A stretch of DNA of 64,000 bases from Pyrinomonadaceae bacterium (GCA_041492185.1 JBGPWL010000010.1:10117-74116), one strand, 5' to 3'; shown: positions 18,536 through 28,708, counted from the first letter of the stretch. Made by a program: numbers and translations. The notes: generated from the letters alone by a model not told the origin.

Positions 18536-19696
18536 TTAATTGACACCAATCAACGCAAAGCGGTCCGGAGAAAATGGCCTAAGCAGATCCGAGAGGACAT
18601 TACCCGCAATCGCTTCCGCGATCAACTCGCCAGTGATTGCAGCCAGCAGGATACCGTTGCGATAGTGACCCGTCGCATAAAACAGTCCTTCAATTTCAGC
18701 ACAGGGGCCAAGCACCGGCAACCCGTCTTCCGCGCGCGGACGCAAACCCGCCCAGGTATCGATAATCGGCAAGCCAGCGATGCTGGGCGTGATCTCCAGC
18801 GCGTGCGACAAGATTGAGTGAAGCCCTTTTGCAGTCACATGCTTCGCAAAACCCACGTGTTCCGAGGTTGAGCCGGCCAACAAACGTCCGTCGACGCGCG
18901 GCACCAAATAACCGCGCGGACTGTAAAGCACATGATGCGCGAAACGCGGATTAGTTTCGAGGCAGACCATCTGGCCGCGCACCGGTTCGATGCGCACACG
19001 CGGCAGCGGCGCGTCTGCCACGGTGATGAAATTGGTCCAGGAGCCACTAGCCATAACCACGCTCGGTGCGCTCACAAAACTGCGCGTTGTTTCAACTCCT
19101 GCCACTCGCCCGTGTTCAATGCGCACGGATTCAACGCTCGTGTTCGTAATCATTTGAACACCGCGCTTTTCGTTTGCTGCAATTAGCCCGACGAGCAACC
19201 TGCGGTTCTCGACCTGGATGTCCAAAGGAAAGCGCAAAGCACCGCAAACATTTTCTGAGATGCAAGGCTCCAGCAGCCGCGCTTCTTCAGCGGTTAGTTT
19301 TTCGACAGCCAGCCCTGCGCGTGTTTGCCACTCGTAACGCTTTTCGATTTCCTCTTGATCGTGTTCGCTGAGTGCGAGATAGAGCGTGCCTGTTGTGTCG
19401 AGTTCAATGTCCGTGCCCGTCTCTTCGCGCAGCGCGGCAGCAAGAGCCGGATACAGGTCGCGGCTCTTGCAGGCTAAGCGGAAAAACTCGTCAGCGCGAT
19501 TGGCTTCTGCCTGCGGGCCAAGTATTCCACCAGCGGCATACGACGCTTCCGCGCCGAGCCTTGCCCGCTCAATAATCATCACGTCATTGATGCCGCGCAA
19601 CGACAACGCGCGAGCGATCGACAGGCCAATGACTCCGCCGCCGATGATTACGATGCTGGCGGTTTCGTTTGGTCCCAAGGTCTTGCTAACAGCCAT
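18536..19696 (-). CDS. thiO: FAD-dependent glycine oxidase (ThiO-like)
   Basis: 386 aa; Rossmann motif IVIIGGGVIGLSIARAL; DAO-family layout; C-terminal GHYRNGILLAP-like motif. Confidence 0.7.
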   Translation of the reverse strand: MAVSKTLGPNETASIVIIGGGVIGLSIARALSLRGINDVMIIERARLGAEASYAAGGILGPQAEANRADEFFRLACKSRDLYPALAAALREETGTDIELDTTGTLYLALSEHDQEEIEKRYEWQTRAGLAVEKLTAEEARLLEPCISENVCGALRFPLDIQVENRRLLVGLIAANEKRGVQMITNTSVESVRIEHGRVAGVETTRSFVSAPSVVMASGSWTNFITVADAPLPRVRIEPVRGQMVCLETNPRFAHHVLYSPRGYLVPRVDGRLLAGSTSEHVGFAKHVTAKGLHSILSHALEITPSIAGLPIIDTWAGLRPRAEDGLPVLGPCAEIEGLFYATGHYRNGILLAAITGELIAEAIAGNVLSDLLRPFSPDRFALIGVN

Positions 19697-19707
19697 ATTC
19701 AGAATGG

Positions 19708-19810
19708 TCAGTTGTCAGTTGTCAGTTGAAGTCTTATGCTTGGAACGCGTTGGATCGAAAGAGCACTAAATGAAGTTTTCTGCCTACTGCTCACTGCTTA
19801 CTGCCTACTG
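19708..19810. repeat. two heptamer tandem arrays (CAGTTGT x3; CTGCYTA x4) in the thiO-icd divergent region
   Basis: tcagttgtcagttgtcagttga (19708..19729) and ctgcctactgctcactgcttactgcctactg (19780..19810); CTGCCTA units recur at 12421..12453. Confidence 0.6.
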
Positions 19811-19816
19811 ATTTTT

Positions 19817-20815
19817 ATGCATACTATCACACTGATTCCGGGCGATGGCATTGGCCCCGAAGTCGCTTCCGCCGTCGTGCGCATCATCGAAGCTTCCGGC
19901 GTCGAGATAGAATGGGAAGAGCACATCGCCGGCCAACAAGCGCTGGACAAATTCGGATCGACGCTGCCTGATGAACTGCTCGAATCAATCAAGCGCAACA
20001 AGGTCGGGCTCAAAGGTCCTATCACGACGCCGGTCGGCAAGGGTTTCACTTCCGTCAACGTCGGCCTGCGCAAGGCTTTGGATCTTTACGCCAACCTGCG
20101 CCCGATCCGCGCGCTGCCAAACATTCCCTGCCGCAATCCGAATCTCGATCTGGTAGTCGTGCGCGAGAACACGGAGAGTCTTTATTCAGGCCTCGAGCAC
20201 GAAATTATTCCCGGCGTGGTTGAGAGTTTGAAGATCATTACCGAGAAGGCTTCGACGCGGATTGCGCGGTTCGCCTTTGAGTTTGCTCGCCGCGAAAAGC
20301 GCAAGAAGATCACCTGCACACATAAAGCGAACATCATGAAGATGTCGGATGGGCTCTTCCTGGAATGTTTCCGGAACGTGTCGCAGGACTATCCGGAAAT
20401 TGAATCCGCTGACATGATCATAGACAACGCGTCGATGCAGCTCGTCATGCGGCCCGAGCAATTTGATGTAGTGCTCTGTGAAAATCTCTATGGCGACATT
20501 GTTTCGGATCTGTGCGCCGGATTGATTGGCGGCCTCGGTCTGGTTCCCGGCGCGAACATCGGCGAAAAAGGCGCCGTGTTCGAAGCCGTGCACGGCTCAG
20601 CGCCCGACATTGCAGGCCTTGGCATCGCCAATCCTACCGCGCTGCTGCAATCCGCAATCTTGATGTTGCGGCACATCGGCGAACGCGCCGCTGCGGATAA
20701 GATCGAAGGCGCTATGCTGAAAGTCTTCGAAGAAGGCAAGGTCCGCACCCGCGACATCGGCGGCACGGCGACGACTGATGAGTTTGCTGATGGTATTATT
20801 GCGCAGATGGTTTGA
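19817..20815 (+). CDS. icd: NAD-dependent isocitrate dehydrogenase (isocitrate/isopropylmalate dehydrogenase family)
   Basis: ORF 19736..20815 trimmed to ATG 19817 (MHTITLIPGDGIGPEV); NLYGDIVSDLCAGLIGGLGL motif. Confidence 0.85.
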   Translation: MHTITLIPGDGIGPEVASAVVRIIEASGVEIEWEEHIAGQQALDKFGSTLPDELLESIKRNKVGLKGPITTPVGKGFTSVNVGLRKALDLYANLRPIRALPNIPCRNPNLDLVVVRENTESLYSGLEHEIIPGVVESLKIITEKASTRIARFAFEFARREKRKKITCTHKANIMKMSDGLFLECFRNVSQDYPEIESADMIIDNASMQLVMRPEQFDVVLCENLYGDIVSDLCAGLIGGLGLVPGANIGEKGAVFEAVHGSAPDIAGLGIANPTALLQSAILMLRHIGERAAADKIEGAMLKVFEEGKVRTRDIGGTATTDEFADGIIAQMV

Positions 20816-20855
20816 TTACGGGGCATAGCCGACCGTGAGGGAGTGGTGAGAAACC

Positions 20856-21305
20856 GTGAAATCAATATTTGACAAAACCGCATTTGACGAAATTCTCGCA
20901 CGGCTTGAGAAATTGCAGCCGACCGCCGAACGACAATGGGGAAAAATGTCGCCGGCTCAGATGCTCGAACATTGTGCTCGAGCCGTCGAGATGGCTACCG
21001 GGAGAAAACCGATGCAACAGGCATTTATCGGAAAAATGATTGGCTGGATATTTAAGAAAGGTTTTCTCAGCGAAAAGCCATTCCCGAAAAACTCTCCGAC
21101 CGCTCCTGATTTTATCATCAAAGATGAGCCCGATCTGGAGGCCACAAAAGCGAGACTGAAAGACTTGATTACGGAGTTTCATCAACTTGGCGAAGCCGGA
21201 ACCGACGGCAATATTCACGGCTTCTTTGGTAAACTATCCGGCGCCGAATGGGGTGTGACGCAATACAAACATCTGGATCATCATCTGCGGCAGTTTGATT
21301 GCTAA
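20856..21305 (+). CDS. DUF1569 (DinB-like) protein
   Basis: 149 aa from GTG; ...[13 protein letters not shown]... and C-terminal [11 protein letters not shown] motif characteristic of DUF1569. Confidence 0.75.
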   Translation: MKSIFDKTAFDEILARLEKLQPTAERQWGKMSPAQMLEHCARAVEMATGRKPMQQAFIGKMIGWIFKKGFLSEKPFPKNSPTAPDFIIKDEPDLEATKARLKDLITEFHQLGEAGTDGNIHGFFGKLSGAEWGVTQYKHLDHHLRQFDC

Positions 21306-21333
21306 TGTGTTTCGGATTAAAAGGAGTGTCTGC

Positions 21334-21798
21334 ATGATTACGATGAAGGTCAACGGCAAGACGGTTAAGGTCGATGTCGATCCGAGCACGCCTCTGCTCT
21401 GGGTGCTGCGGGACACATTGGGCCTGACAGGGACCAAGTACGGCTGTGGCATCGCGCAATGCGGTGCCTGCACGATCAATCTGGACGGCGCAGCCACCCG
21501 CTCGTGCATCAAGCGCGTCGCTGATGCCGCGGGCAAAGAGATCACAACCATCGAAGGTCTCTCGGCGGACCTCAGCCATCCTTTACAGAAGGCCTGGATG
21601 GAAATCGATGTGCCGCAGTGCGGCTATTGCCAGTCGGGACAGATCATGAGCGCGGCCGTACTGCTGGCGGGAAACTCAAAGCCAACCGACACCGACATTG
21701 ATGATGCGATGACCGGCAACATTTGCCGCTGTGGCACCTATCAGAGAATTCGCGAAGCGATTCATCATGCGGCCGAGATGAAAAGGAGTGCGAAATGA
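21334..21798 (+). CDS. (2Fe-2S)-binding small subunit of molybdenum hydroxylase (IorA-like)
   Basis: ATG 21334 preceded by AAGGAG; [11 protein letters not shown] and CRCGTY cluster motifs. Confidence 0.9.
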   Translation: MITMKVNGKTVKVDVDPSTPLLWVLRDTLGLTGTKYGCGIAQCGACTINLDGAATRSCIKRVADAAGKEITTIEGLSADLSHPLQKAWMEIDVPQCGYCQSGQIMSAAVLLAGNSKPTDTDIDDAMTGNICRCGTYQRIREAIHHAAEMKRSAK

Positions 21799-23930
21799 GC
21801 CCCCTGAAAGAAATGAAGCGACGAGATTTTTTGCGTGTGAGCGCGGCCGCTGGCGGTGGTTTACTCATTAGTTTTTGTTTACCGCTTGATGGTAAGGCCG
21901 CAATCTTTGGGGAAGCGGAAACGAACTTTGCCCCGAACGCCTTTCTACGCATCGGCACTGACGATCGCGTGACCCTAATCGTCGGCCAGTCTGAGATGGG
22001 TCAGGGAGTTTTGACCTCGCTGCCGATGCTGGTCGCGGAAGAACTTGAGGTTGACTTCTCAACCGTTCATTTTGAGCAGTCGCCTGCCGGTGCGGCCTAT
22101 TTCAATTCCAACTTTGGCGCGCAAATCACCGGCGGCAGCGCCAGCGTGAAGACCTTTTATGAACCGTTGCGAAAAGCCGGCGCGACGGCGCGCGAAATGC
22201 TGATCGCGGCGGCGGCGCAAACCTGGAACGTTCCGGCCAAGGATTGCAAAGCGGAACACGGCGCTGTCATTCACGTCGCCAGCGGAAAGCGTCTGCGATA
22301 CGGCGAGCTGGTCGAACAGGCCGCGAAGCTGACGCCTCCGGCAAACGCTCCGCTGAAGGATCCGAAAGATTTCAAATTGATCGGCAAGCCGGCTCGGCGG
22401 CTCGATAGTTCAGGAAAGGTGGACGGCTCGGCTGTCTTCGGCATCGACGTCAAACTGCCGGGAATGGTAACAGCAACCGTGCTGCGCTGTCCCGTGTTCG
22501 GCGGAAAGGTCGCCAGCTTCGATGACTCGAAAGCAAAAGCAGTGAGCGGCGTCCGGCGCGTCGTCCAGATTGATGCGGGCGTCGCCGTCGTGGCGGACAA
22601 TTTCTGGGCGGCAAAGAAAGGCCGCGACGCTTTGGAAGTTAAGTGGGACGAAGGCCCGCGCGCGAGCCAGACCAGCGAAGACATCACGCGCATGTTCGCC
22701 GCCGCGGTAGAAAAACCCGGCGCCGTCGCGCGCAAGGAAGGCGATGTTGACGCGGCGCTCAGTAAGGCCGCGAAGAAAATCGAAGCAGTGTACGAGGTTC
22801 CGTATCAGGCGCACGCCACGATGGAGCCGATGAACTGCACCGCTGACGTGCGCGCCGATGGTTGCGATGTTTGGGGCGGCATCCAGTCGCAGACCTGGTC
22901 GCAGGGTGCGGCCGCGAAAATTACCGGCCTGCCCGTGGAAAAGGTGAACATTCACACGACGATGTTGGGTGGTGGCTTTGGCCGTCGCGCCGAAACCGAT
23001 TTCGTGGTTGAGGCGGTCCAACTTTCCAAAGCCATGAGTGCGCCCGTGAAAGTGATCTGGACGCGCGAGGATGATATGCAGCACGACTTTTATCGTCCCG
23101 GCGCGTATCACAAGTTCGCGGCGGGGTTGGATGCCAGTGGCAACGTCATCGCGTGGCTGCATCGCACCTCGAGCGCGTCGATCTATGCGGCGCACGGTTT
23201 CGGCAATCCGACTGTGGATGGCGCGGCAGTGGAAGGCGCGAAAGAACTACCGTATGCGATCCCCAACTTGCAAGTTGAGTGGGCAAAACAAGAACCGGGC
23301 GTTCCCATTGGTTTCTGGCGATCAGTTGGCCACTCGCACACCGCATTTGCCACTGAATGTTTTCTCGATGAGTTAGCCGCGGCGGCGGGCAAGGACCCTT
23401 ACGAATTTCGGCGCGCCTTGCTTGAAAAATCGCCGCGACACAAGCGCGTGCTCGAACTCGCGGCGGCCAAAGGAAACTGGGGCAAGCCTCTGCCCAAAGG
23501 CCAGGGTCGCGGAATCGCCGTCGCGGAATCGTTTGACAGTTTCGTGGCGCAGGTGGCTGAGGTCACCGTTGGTGATGACGGCAGCGTGCGCGTGAATCGC
23601 GTGGTCTGCGCGATTGATTGTGGACCCATCGTCAACCCGGACACGATCGAAGCGCAGATGCAGAGCGGCATCGTCTATGGTTTGACGGCCGCGCTGAAAG
23701 GCGAGATCACAATCGAGGGCGGGCGCGTCAAGCAGCGCAACTTTAGTGATTATCAGATGCTGCGCGTCAAAGAGATGCCGCGCGTCGAGGTCTACATTGT
23801 CCCGAGCACAGACAAGATGGGCGGCGTCGGCGAGCCGGGCACGCCGCCGATCGCGCCCGCAGTGGTCAACGCGATCTTTGCGGCGACCGGGAAACGAATC
23901 AGGAAGCTGCCGGTTCGATTGGTTGCTTGA
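21795..23930 (+). CDS. molybdopterin-binding subunit of aldehyde/isoquinoline oxidoreductase (IorB-like), Tat-exported
   Basis: ATG 21795 overlaps the upstream stop (ATGA); twin-arginine signal [15 protein letters not shown]; xanthine dehydrogenase-family a/b hammerhead and Mo-binding layout. Confidence 0.9.
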   Translation: MSPLKEMKRRDFLRVSAAAGGGLLISFCLPLDGKAAIFGEAETNFAPNAFLRIGTDDRVTLIVGQSEMGQGVLTSLPMLVAEELEVDFSTVHFEQSPAGAAYFNSNFGAQITGGSASVKTFYEPLRKAGATAREMLIAAAAQTWNVPAKDCKAEHGAVIHVASGKRLRYGELVEQAAKLTPPANAPLKDPKDFKLIGKPARRLDSSGKVDGSAVFGIDVKLPGMVTATVLRCPVFGGKVASFDDSKAKAVSGVRRVVQIDAGVAVVADNFWAAKKGRDALEVKWDEGPRASQTSEDITRMFAAAVEKPGAVARKEGDVDAALSKAAKKIEAVYEVPYQAHATMEPMNCTADVRADGCDVWGGIQSQTWSQGAAAKITGLPVEKVNIHTTMLGGGFGRRAETDFVVEAVQLSKAMSAPVKVIWTREDDMQHDFYRPGAYHKFAAGLDASGNVIAWLHRTSSASIYAAHGFGNPTVDGAAVEGAKELPYAIPNLQVEWAKQEPGVPIGFWRSVGHSHTAFATECFLDELAAAAGKDPYEFRRALLEKSPRHKRVLELAAAKGNWGKPLPKGQGRGIAVAESFDSFVAQVAEVTVGDDGSVRVNRVVCAIDCGPIVNPDTIEAQMQSGIVYGLTAALKGEITIEGGRVKQRNFSDYQMLRVKEMPRVEVYIVPSTDKMGGVGEPGTPPIAPAVVNAIFAATGKRIRKLPVRLVA

Positions 23931-23970
23931 TCCTCACTGCAGACCGAAGGGATTACTTACCGAAACCGCC

Positions 23971-24069
23971 ATGCTGAAGGTTTTCGAAGAAGGCCAAGTC
24001 CGCACGCGCGACATCGGCGGCACAGCGACGACGGCTGAGTTTGCGGATGCGATTATTGGGAAGATGTGA
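23971..24069 (+). pseudogene. orphan duplicate of the icd 3' end (last 32 codons)
   Basis: MLKVFEEGQVRTRDIGGTATTAEFADAIIGKM* versus the icd C-terminus MLKVFEEGKVRTRDIGGTATTDEFADGIIAQMV*; 83/96 nt identical by hand count. Confidence 0.8.
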
Positions 24070-24356
24070 GTTCGCAAGAAAGGCCGCGATGTAATCATCA
24101 CGTCCAGTTCGACTTATTCTTTTTTAGCAAGCGAAAGGTCTGAAAAAATGGTTCGAGGTCGATATTTTGACGACATTTGTAGAGCCAAGCCGAAGGCTTC
24201 CGTTGTAGTTTGGTTCTCATTGCCTAACTAGTCGAGGAAGTTAAGCATTGCTCGGAGCAAAAGTCTATGGTCGCAAAACCAGTTTCCCTTTGAGTCCACA
24301 TGGAATTGAAGTCTCTAACGAACGAAAAGTGTTAGAATGTCGCAGAGGTTTTACTT

Positions 24357-24638
24357 GTGAGTTCGCTTCTGACATCAGATCTGCCGACCGCGAACGACGA
24401 TCTCGTCGGGCGGGGACAGACTACGTATCGCGAAAGGCTGGCGTCTGTCCTTGAGCCTTCGCATACCGGCGAGTTTGTTGCTGTCGAGCCTGACTCAGGT
24501 CGGTACTTCCTGGGAAACACGGCGAGCGAGACGCTGGCGGCTGCTCACGCCGCGATGCCAAACAACCTGTTCTACCTCACGCGCGTTGGTCGAGAGACCG
24601 CGCACACCGTCGGCGGACATGCCACAAGAATCCGGTAA
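24357..24638 (+). CDS. small hypothetical protein, upstream partner of retropepsin-like protease
   Basis: 93-aa ORF from GTG; overlaps the downstream ORF by 20 nt; no family recognised. Confidence 0.5.
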   Translation: MSSLLTSDLPTANDDLVGRGQTTYRERLASVLEPSHTGEFVAVEPDSGRYFLGNTASETLAAAHAAMPNNLFYLTRVGRETAHTVGGHATRIR

Positions 24639-24984
24639 CGTCAACTCTCTTCGCGAAGCGTTAGTAGAAATACGCTTTGTGCGTGGCGATGCATGTAAGT
24701 GCGTCGTCGATACGGGCTTTGATGGCGCGCTGATGTTCCCGGTGTCTGTCGCCGAACGCCTGGATCTCCCCATAGTTGGGCGACTAGTTTTCGAGTTGGT
24801 CGGCGGCGCACGAATGAGTGCTGACGTGGCCTTGGGCGAGATCGAATGGCTGGGCGAACGCCGCAGCGTGGAAGTAATTTTGAGCGAAGGCAACGACGCA
24901 CTCATCGGCACAGAGATGTTTGAAGGTGCGAAGCTGGTTGTAGATTACGTCGACCGCGCGGTAATGATTTCGCGCCACGAATAG
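24619..24984 (+). CDS. clan AA (retropepsin-like) aspartic protease
   Basis: ORF 24451..24984 trimmed to ATG 24619; active-site VVDTGFDGALMFP (D-T-G) and LIGTEMF flap-like segment, as in bacterial/archaeal retropepsin-like family. Confidence 0.65.
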   Translation: MPQESGNVNSLREALVEIRFVRGDACKCVVDTGFDGALMFPVSVAERLDLPIVGRLVFELVGGARMSADVALGEIEWLGERRSVEVILSEGNDALIGTEMFEGAKLVVDYVDRAVMISRHE

Positions 24985-25001
24985 CGACGTCTAGCTGAAG
25001 G

Positions 25002-25766
25002 CTACCTCTTTTGCGCGACTATCAGCAGTCGCTGAGATCCTAACTTGAAAGTTTCCTCACCTAGCGAACCGTAGGACGCGAGAATCCCGAAACCAGCATC
25101 ACTGATGAGTCGAACGAGTTCGCTGTAGGTGTAGATGCGCTGTGAAGCGGGGCGCTTGTCTACTTTGCCGTCGCGAATGAAGGTGTACTCGGTGAACGTG
25201 CGGCCTTGTTCGTGATCGTAGCGGCTGTTTGAAAGAAAAGTTATGCCGGCGATTTCAAACCAGCGACGATCTTGAAACGCCGGCAGTAAGCATTCAGCGA
25301 CGGCGGGAGCGTCCAGGACAAAACGCGCGCCTGGTTTCATTACGCGGGCGACGGATTTCAGAAAGTCGGCATTGCCCTCGTCGTCGAGATAGCCAAAGCT
25401 GTTGCCGAAACAGAAACTCCCGTCGAATTCCGCAGTCCAGGGTAGATCGCGCATGTCGCGCTTGTGCCAATCAATCCTTAGATCGCGCTCGACAGATTTC
25501 GTCTTTGCTTCAGCGATAAACTCCGACGCGATGTCTACGCCGGTCAGATCGAAACCGCGCGCGGCAAGCTCGAGCGCAATGCGACCGTTGCCACAGGGAA
25601 CGTCGAGAATCTTTGCGCCTGCATCAAGCTGGAGCTGTTTCTGAATAAAATCAGCTTCCGCGCGCGTTTGTTCCTCGGTTACCGCCGCGCGCCAGAAATC
25701 GAGCGCGATGCCGTGAAAGAAATCTTCCCACCAGTTGGTTGACATGTTGGGTTCCTCGACTCGCAC
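25002..25766 (-). CDS. class I SAM-dependent methyltransferase
   Basis: 254 aa; motif I ILDVPCGNGRIALELA; alternative start at 25745. Confidence 0.8.
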   Translation of the reverse strand: MRVEEPNMSTNWWEDFFHGIALDFWRAAVTEEQTRAEADFIQKQLQLDAGAKILDVPCGNGRIALELAARGFDLTGVDIASEFIAEAKTKSVERDLRIDWHKRDMRDLPWTAEFDGSFCFGNSFGYLDDEGNADFLKSVARVMKPGARFVLDAPAVAECLLPAFQDRRWFEIAGITFLSNSRYDHEQGRTFTEYTFIRDGKVDKRPASQRIYTYSELVRLISDAGFGILASYGSLGEETFKLGSQRLLIVAQKR

Positions 25767-25915
25767 AAGCGATTGCGAATGGTGCTACAAAAAACAAATA
25801 AGCGATTTCCGAGCCCCGGAGTTGCGAAATGCTTATAGCACCGCGTCGCGATATAGAGAGAGCGTCGCAGGAGAAGGAAACCGTCTCAACTCTCTAAGCT
25901 ATAAATATTTCGCGC

Positions 25916-26347
25916 CTAACGGCGCTGCGTGCGAGACTTCGACGCGCGTTGTTTGCCTTGACGCGTTTTGTTTGTTGTGTCACCCGATACAAACTTGTCA
26001 GTCACCTTTTTCGGCAATTTCGCCAGCACCATCTCGTAAGAGTTCCTAATCAGACTCTTCAATTCCTTTTCCTTCAGCGCGTCAAAACGTTCGAGCGCGA
26101 CCCAGTGGTAGCGCGCGACGTAAGGCGCAGGCACGATTCCTTCCTGTTCGGTCAGCTCGGCGAATTTTTCCGGCGTACACTTGAACGACATGACGTGACC
26201 GTAAGAAGGATCGAGCACGAGTACCGCGAACATCTTTTCGCCAATGCAGAAAAGCAGATCGCTTACCCACTGCACGCGCTCTGTGGCGTGCGGCAGCGAA
26301 AGACAAAACTCCCGAACCGATTCTTGATCCATAGAAGTGTCCGACAA
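25916..26347 (-). CDS. MmcQ/YjbR family DNA-binding protein
   Basis: 143 aa; ...FCLSLPHATE...KMFAVL...APYVARYHWV... pattern typical of the YjbR fold. Confidence 0.7.
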   Translation of the reverse strand: MSDTSMDQESVREFCLSLPHATERVQWVSDLLFCIGEKMFAVLVLDPSYGHVMSFKCTPEKFAELTEQEGIVPAPYVARYHWVALERFDALKEKELKSLIRNSYEMVLAKLPKKVTDKFVSGDTTNKTRQGKQRASKSRTQRR

Positions 26348-26422
26348 ACTTCAGTTTGTCGCCGGTTTCGACAATTGAGGCCTTCCCAAGGCACGACAAA
26401 CTGTTCAGTTTGTCGGACCCGT

Positions 26423-27787
26423 CTACACTCCTTCAAGCACGAGCAACGCTGTCTGTCCACCGCCGGATGAAACATTGCTGAGAGAAGACGTCGACAGACG
26501 CACCAGCGCGCCCTCCACTTCATTGTGAAACAGAAAGGGATTGAAGTCGATATTCATCTCGACGGCTTGAACGGGATCGCCGAACATCGGGATGGGGACC
26601 TTGTCAATAAGCACGCGCTCCTGCACGACGTAGGGGCGTTCGAGCGCCAAAGCAATTGCTCGCCCCCAGTCTGTCGGATCTGTTTCCCACCCGATGACCA
26701 CGCCATGGCCACCATAATCATCGTTGGGCTTCAACACCAGACGTTCGCGTTCAGTTCTTAGAATCTCAAGCAGTTCACGCTCAACGCCTTCGAAACTAGT
26801 GACACCGCGACGGACGCGCCGGGTCCAGGGAATATGTTTGCGAATCGCCGCCACTTGTTCGTCTGTGAATAAATGTTCGTTGCGCGGCTCGCTAAGAAGC
26901 GCAAAGCCGGCTTTCTTGTGGGCCATCTTTGTGCGAAAGGAATTTGCCATGCAGACTTTGCGCTCAGCGTAAGCGCGTGCCAGCGGATGACCCTCGTCGC
27001 ACCGCTCGAGGAATTCGTGAATGACGACGCGTTTGTAAACAATGTCGATGCGAAAGTCGCCATTGGTCAACATGGTGGTCAGCACGGCTCCGTCAAACTC
27101 CAGCGCGCGCGGATCGGCGATGACGGTTGCGTAGCCTTCAGATTCAAAATACTGTTTTAGAATCTCAAATTCGCTCGCGGTCGCCACGCCATCCCAATCG
27201 ACAATCGCGATCTGCGGATGCTCTTTGTCGCCGCCCCACTCGCGATACGCCTCCAGCAATGAAGCGAGCAGGCGACGATGAGGTTCAGGCCGCCAATGTT
27301 CGTTGAGTAGCAGAAACTCTTTCATCTGCGGCAGTTCGAACAGGACTTTTTCCAGCTGCAACTGATCGCCAATGCCGGCTGGGCTCTCGGCGTTATATTC
27401 GAGAAACTGGAAACCGGATTCGCTGATGTAGGCATCAAGCCGGCTGGTGACGCATAGACGCGAATAACCGGGATCGATGCGCGCCATTGTTTCCTCCAAT
27501 TCGGTCAAGCCGAGTTCATGCAGCAGCGCGTCATCAACCAGCGCTCGCGCGACCAATGTTTCAAACGCCTCCGCAATCGTCTGCGCCGCTCGCGTGATTG
27601 CGTCATACTGCGAGCGTTGAAGAATGTGCGGACGAAGGAAGGGACAGGTGGGCCGATCGCCGTACGACAAGCCGAGTTCGCGTTGTTGGGCGAACGAACG
27701 CGCGAATAGATCGGAATCGATCGATGGATCGTTCAAGATCCGATCGTCGAGTGCCTGGATGATCCTTTGGGAGAATGGCTGCGACAT
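26423..27787 (-). CDS. ATP-grasp-like protein (circularly permuted type, tentative)
   Basis: 454-aa ORF; FLEYNAESPAGIG resembles the LExN..xPxG motif of circularly permuted ATP-grasp proteins; the functional call is tentative. Confidence 0.55.
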   Translation of the reverse strand: MSQPFSQRIIQALDDRILNDPSIDSDLFARSFAQQRELGLSYGDRPTCPFLRPHILQRSQYDAITRAAQTIAEAFETLVARALVDDALLHELGLTELEETMARIDPGYSRLCVTSRLDAYISESGFQFLEYNAESPAGIGDQLQLEKVLFELPQMKEFLLLNEHWRPEPHRRLLASLLEAYREWGGDKEHPQIAIVDWDGVATASEFEILKQYFESEGYATVIADPRALEFDGAVLTTMLTNGDFRIDIVYKRVVIHEFLERCDEGHPLARAYAERKVCMANSFRTKMAHKKAGFALLSEPRNEHLFTDEQVAAIRKHIPWTRRVRRGVTSFEGVERELLEILRTERERLVLKPNDDYGGHGVVIGWETDPTDWGRAIALALERPYVVQERVLIDKVPIPMFGDPVQAVEMNIDFNPFLFHNEVEGALVRLSTSSLSNVSSGGGQTALLVLEGV

Positions 27788-27815
27788 GTACTACAAACTA
27801 ACCAGCAAAGACGAG

Positions 27816-28003
27816 AGGCCCGAAGGGCCGTCATTCAATAGCCGCGTCCGTAAGGGCGCGGTACCGGTATTGAGAAGAACATATTGAGCGCCGAAGGTGC
27901 GCCACGATGTGTGCCGGCCCTACGGGCCTCAAAAACCAAATACTCTGGCATCTCAATCCACGCCCTTACGGACGTGGCTATTGAATGACAGCCCTTCGGG
28001 CCT
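27816..28003. mobile_element. MITE-like element, 188 bp with 43-bp terminal inverted repeats
   Basis: aggcccgaagggccgtcattcaatagccgcgtccgtaagggcg versus the reverse complement of 27961..28003, 41/43 by hand; several short GC hairpins inside; no ORF. Confidence 0.6.
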
Positions 28004-28029
28004 TAACACTTCATTCGGGCCTGGAGACT

Positions 28030-28506
28030 TCATTTAGGAGCCGGCGCGGGGCTCGCGTTGCCCATGTCCAGAATCACTTTCCACGTTCCGTCTTTTTGCC
28101 GGCGCCAAACGTTGACGTACTTGCCGTAACGCACGATCGGTTTTCCTTCGCCATCCATCGTGCGCAGTTCGTAAGTGCCCCAGGTCCAACCCAGGTCGCC
28201 GGATTTTGCGACCTCTGCCTTCTTCGGTTCCCAGGTGAGCACGTATCCCGAACCCATGCCGGCCAGGATGTCCTTCTTTCCGAAAATCGGATTCGCGCCC
28301 ACGGGCATTTGCATCGCATCGTCAGCCAGATAGATCGCAAACGCCGCCGCCACGCCCTTTTCAACCGACGCCCTGGCAAACTCGACGTCCGTTTTCAACA
28401 ACGCGTCCTGCCGCGAGTTTTTGCCGGCAGACTTCTGAGCTAACACAAGCGGAGTGGCTATGACGAGAGCGATCAGCGCGAACGAGATTGATGGAACTTT
28501 TTTCAT
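28030..28506 (-). CDS. secreted SnoaL/NTF2-like (DUF4440) protein
   Basis: 158 aa; signal peptide; ...GKYVNVWRRQKDGTWKVILD typical C-terminal motif of DUF4440. Confidence 0.7.
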   Translation of the reverse strand: MKKVPSISFALIALVIATPLVLAQKSAGKNSRQDALLKTDVEFARASVEKGVAAAFAIYLADDAMQMPVGANPIFGKKDILAGMGSGYVLTWEPKKAEVAKSGDLGWTWGTYELRTMDGEGKPIVRYGKYVNVWRRQKDGTWKVILDMGNASPAPAPK

Positions 28507-28652
28507 TGATGCTTCTCCAATGTGAACATGTGTTCAGGCGCGAACGAGGCTCTGATACTGACGAGTTCATTCTAGCACCGACAGTGAGGTACAATCACGA
28601 CCCTTTGAGTGGGGTAAGTCTTTGGTTCATCTTCTTTGCGGCTTAGGTAATC

Positions 28653-28708
28653 GCTTTGCGTCTTTGCGAACTGCAACCTTCTATGACAACGGTTTCGCGC
28701 AAAGACGC
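28653..28708. repeat. CTTTGCG-family hairpin, second locus
   Basis: gctttgcgtctttgcgaa ... ttcgcgcaaagacgc. Confidence 0.5.

Noticed and set aside
19708-19810. Short tandem repeats here, and at 2247..2276 and 13588..13630, as CRISPR arrays
   Set aside because: The units are 7-8 nt with no unique spacers. They are far too short for CRISPR repeats, and no cas genes are in the window.
23746-24069. 107-aa ORF spanning the iorB-like 3' end and the icd-like fragment
   Set aside because: Only the last 32 codons resemble a real protein (the icd C-terminus). The upstream part is an out-of-frame read of the iorB-like gene, so this was called as an orphan gene fragment instead.
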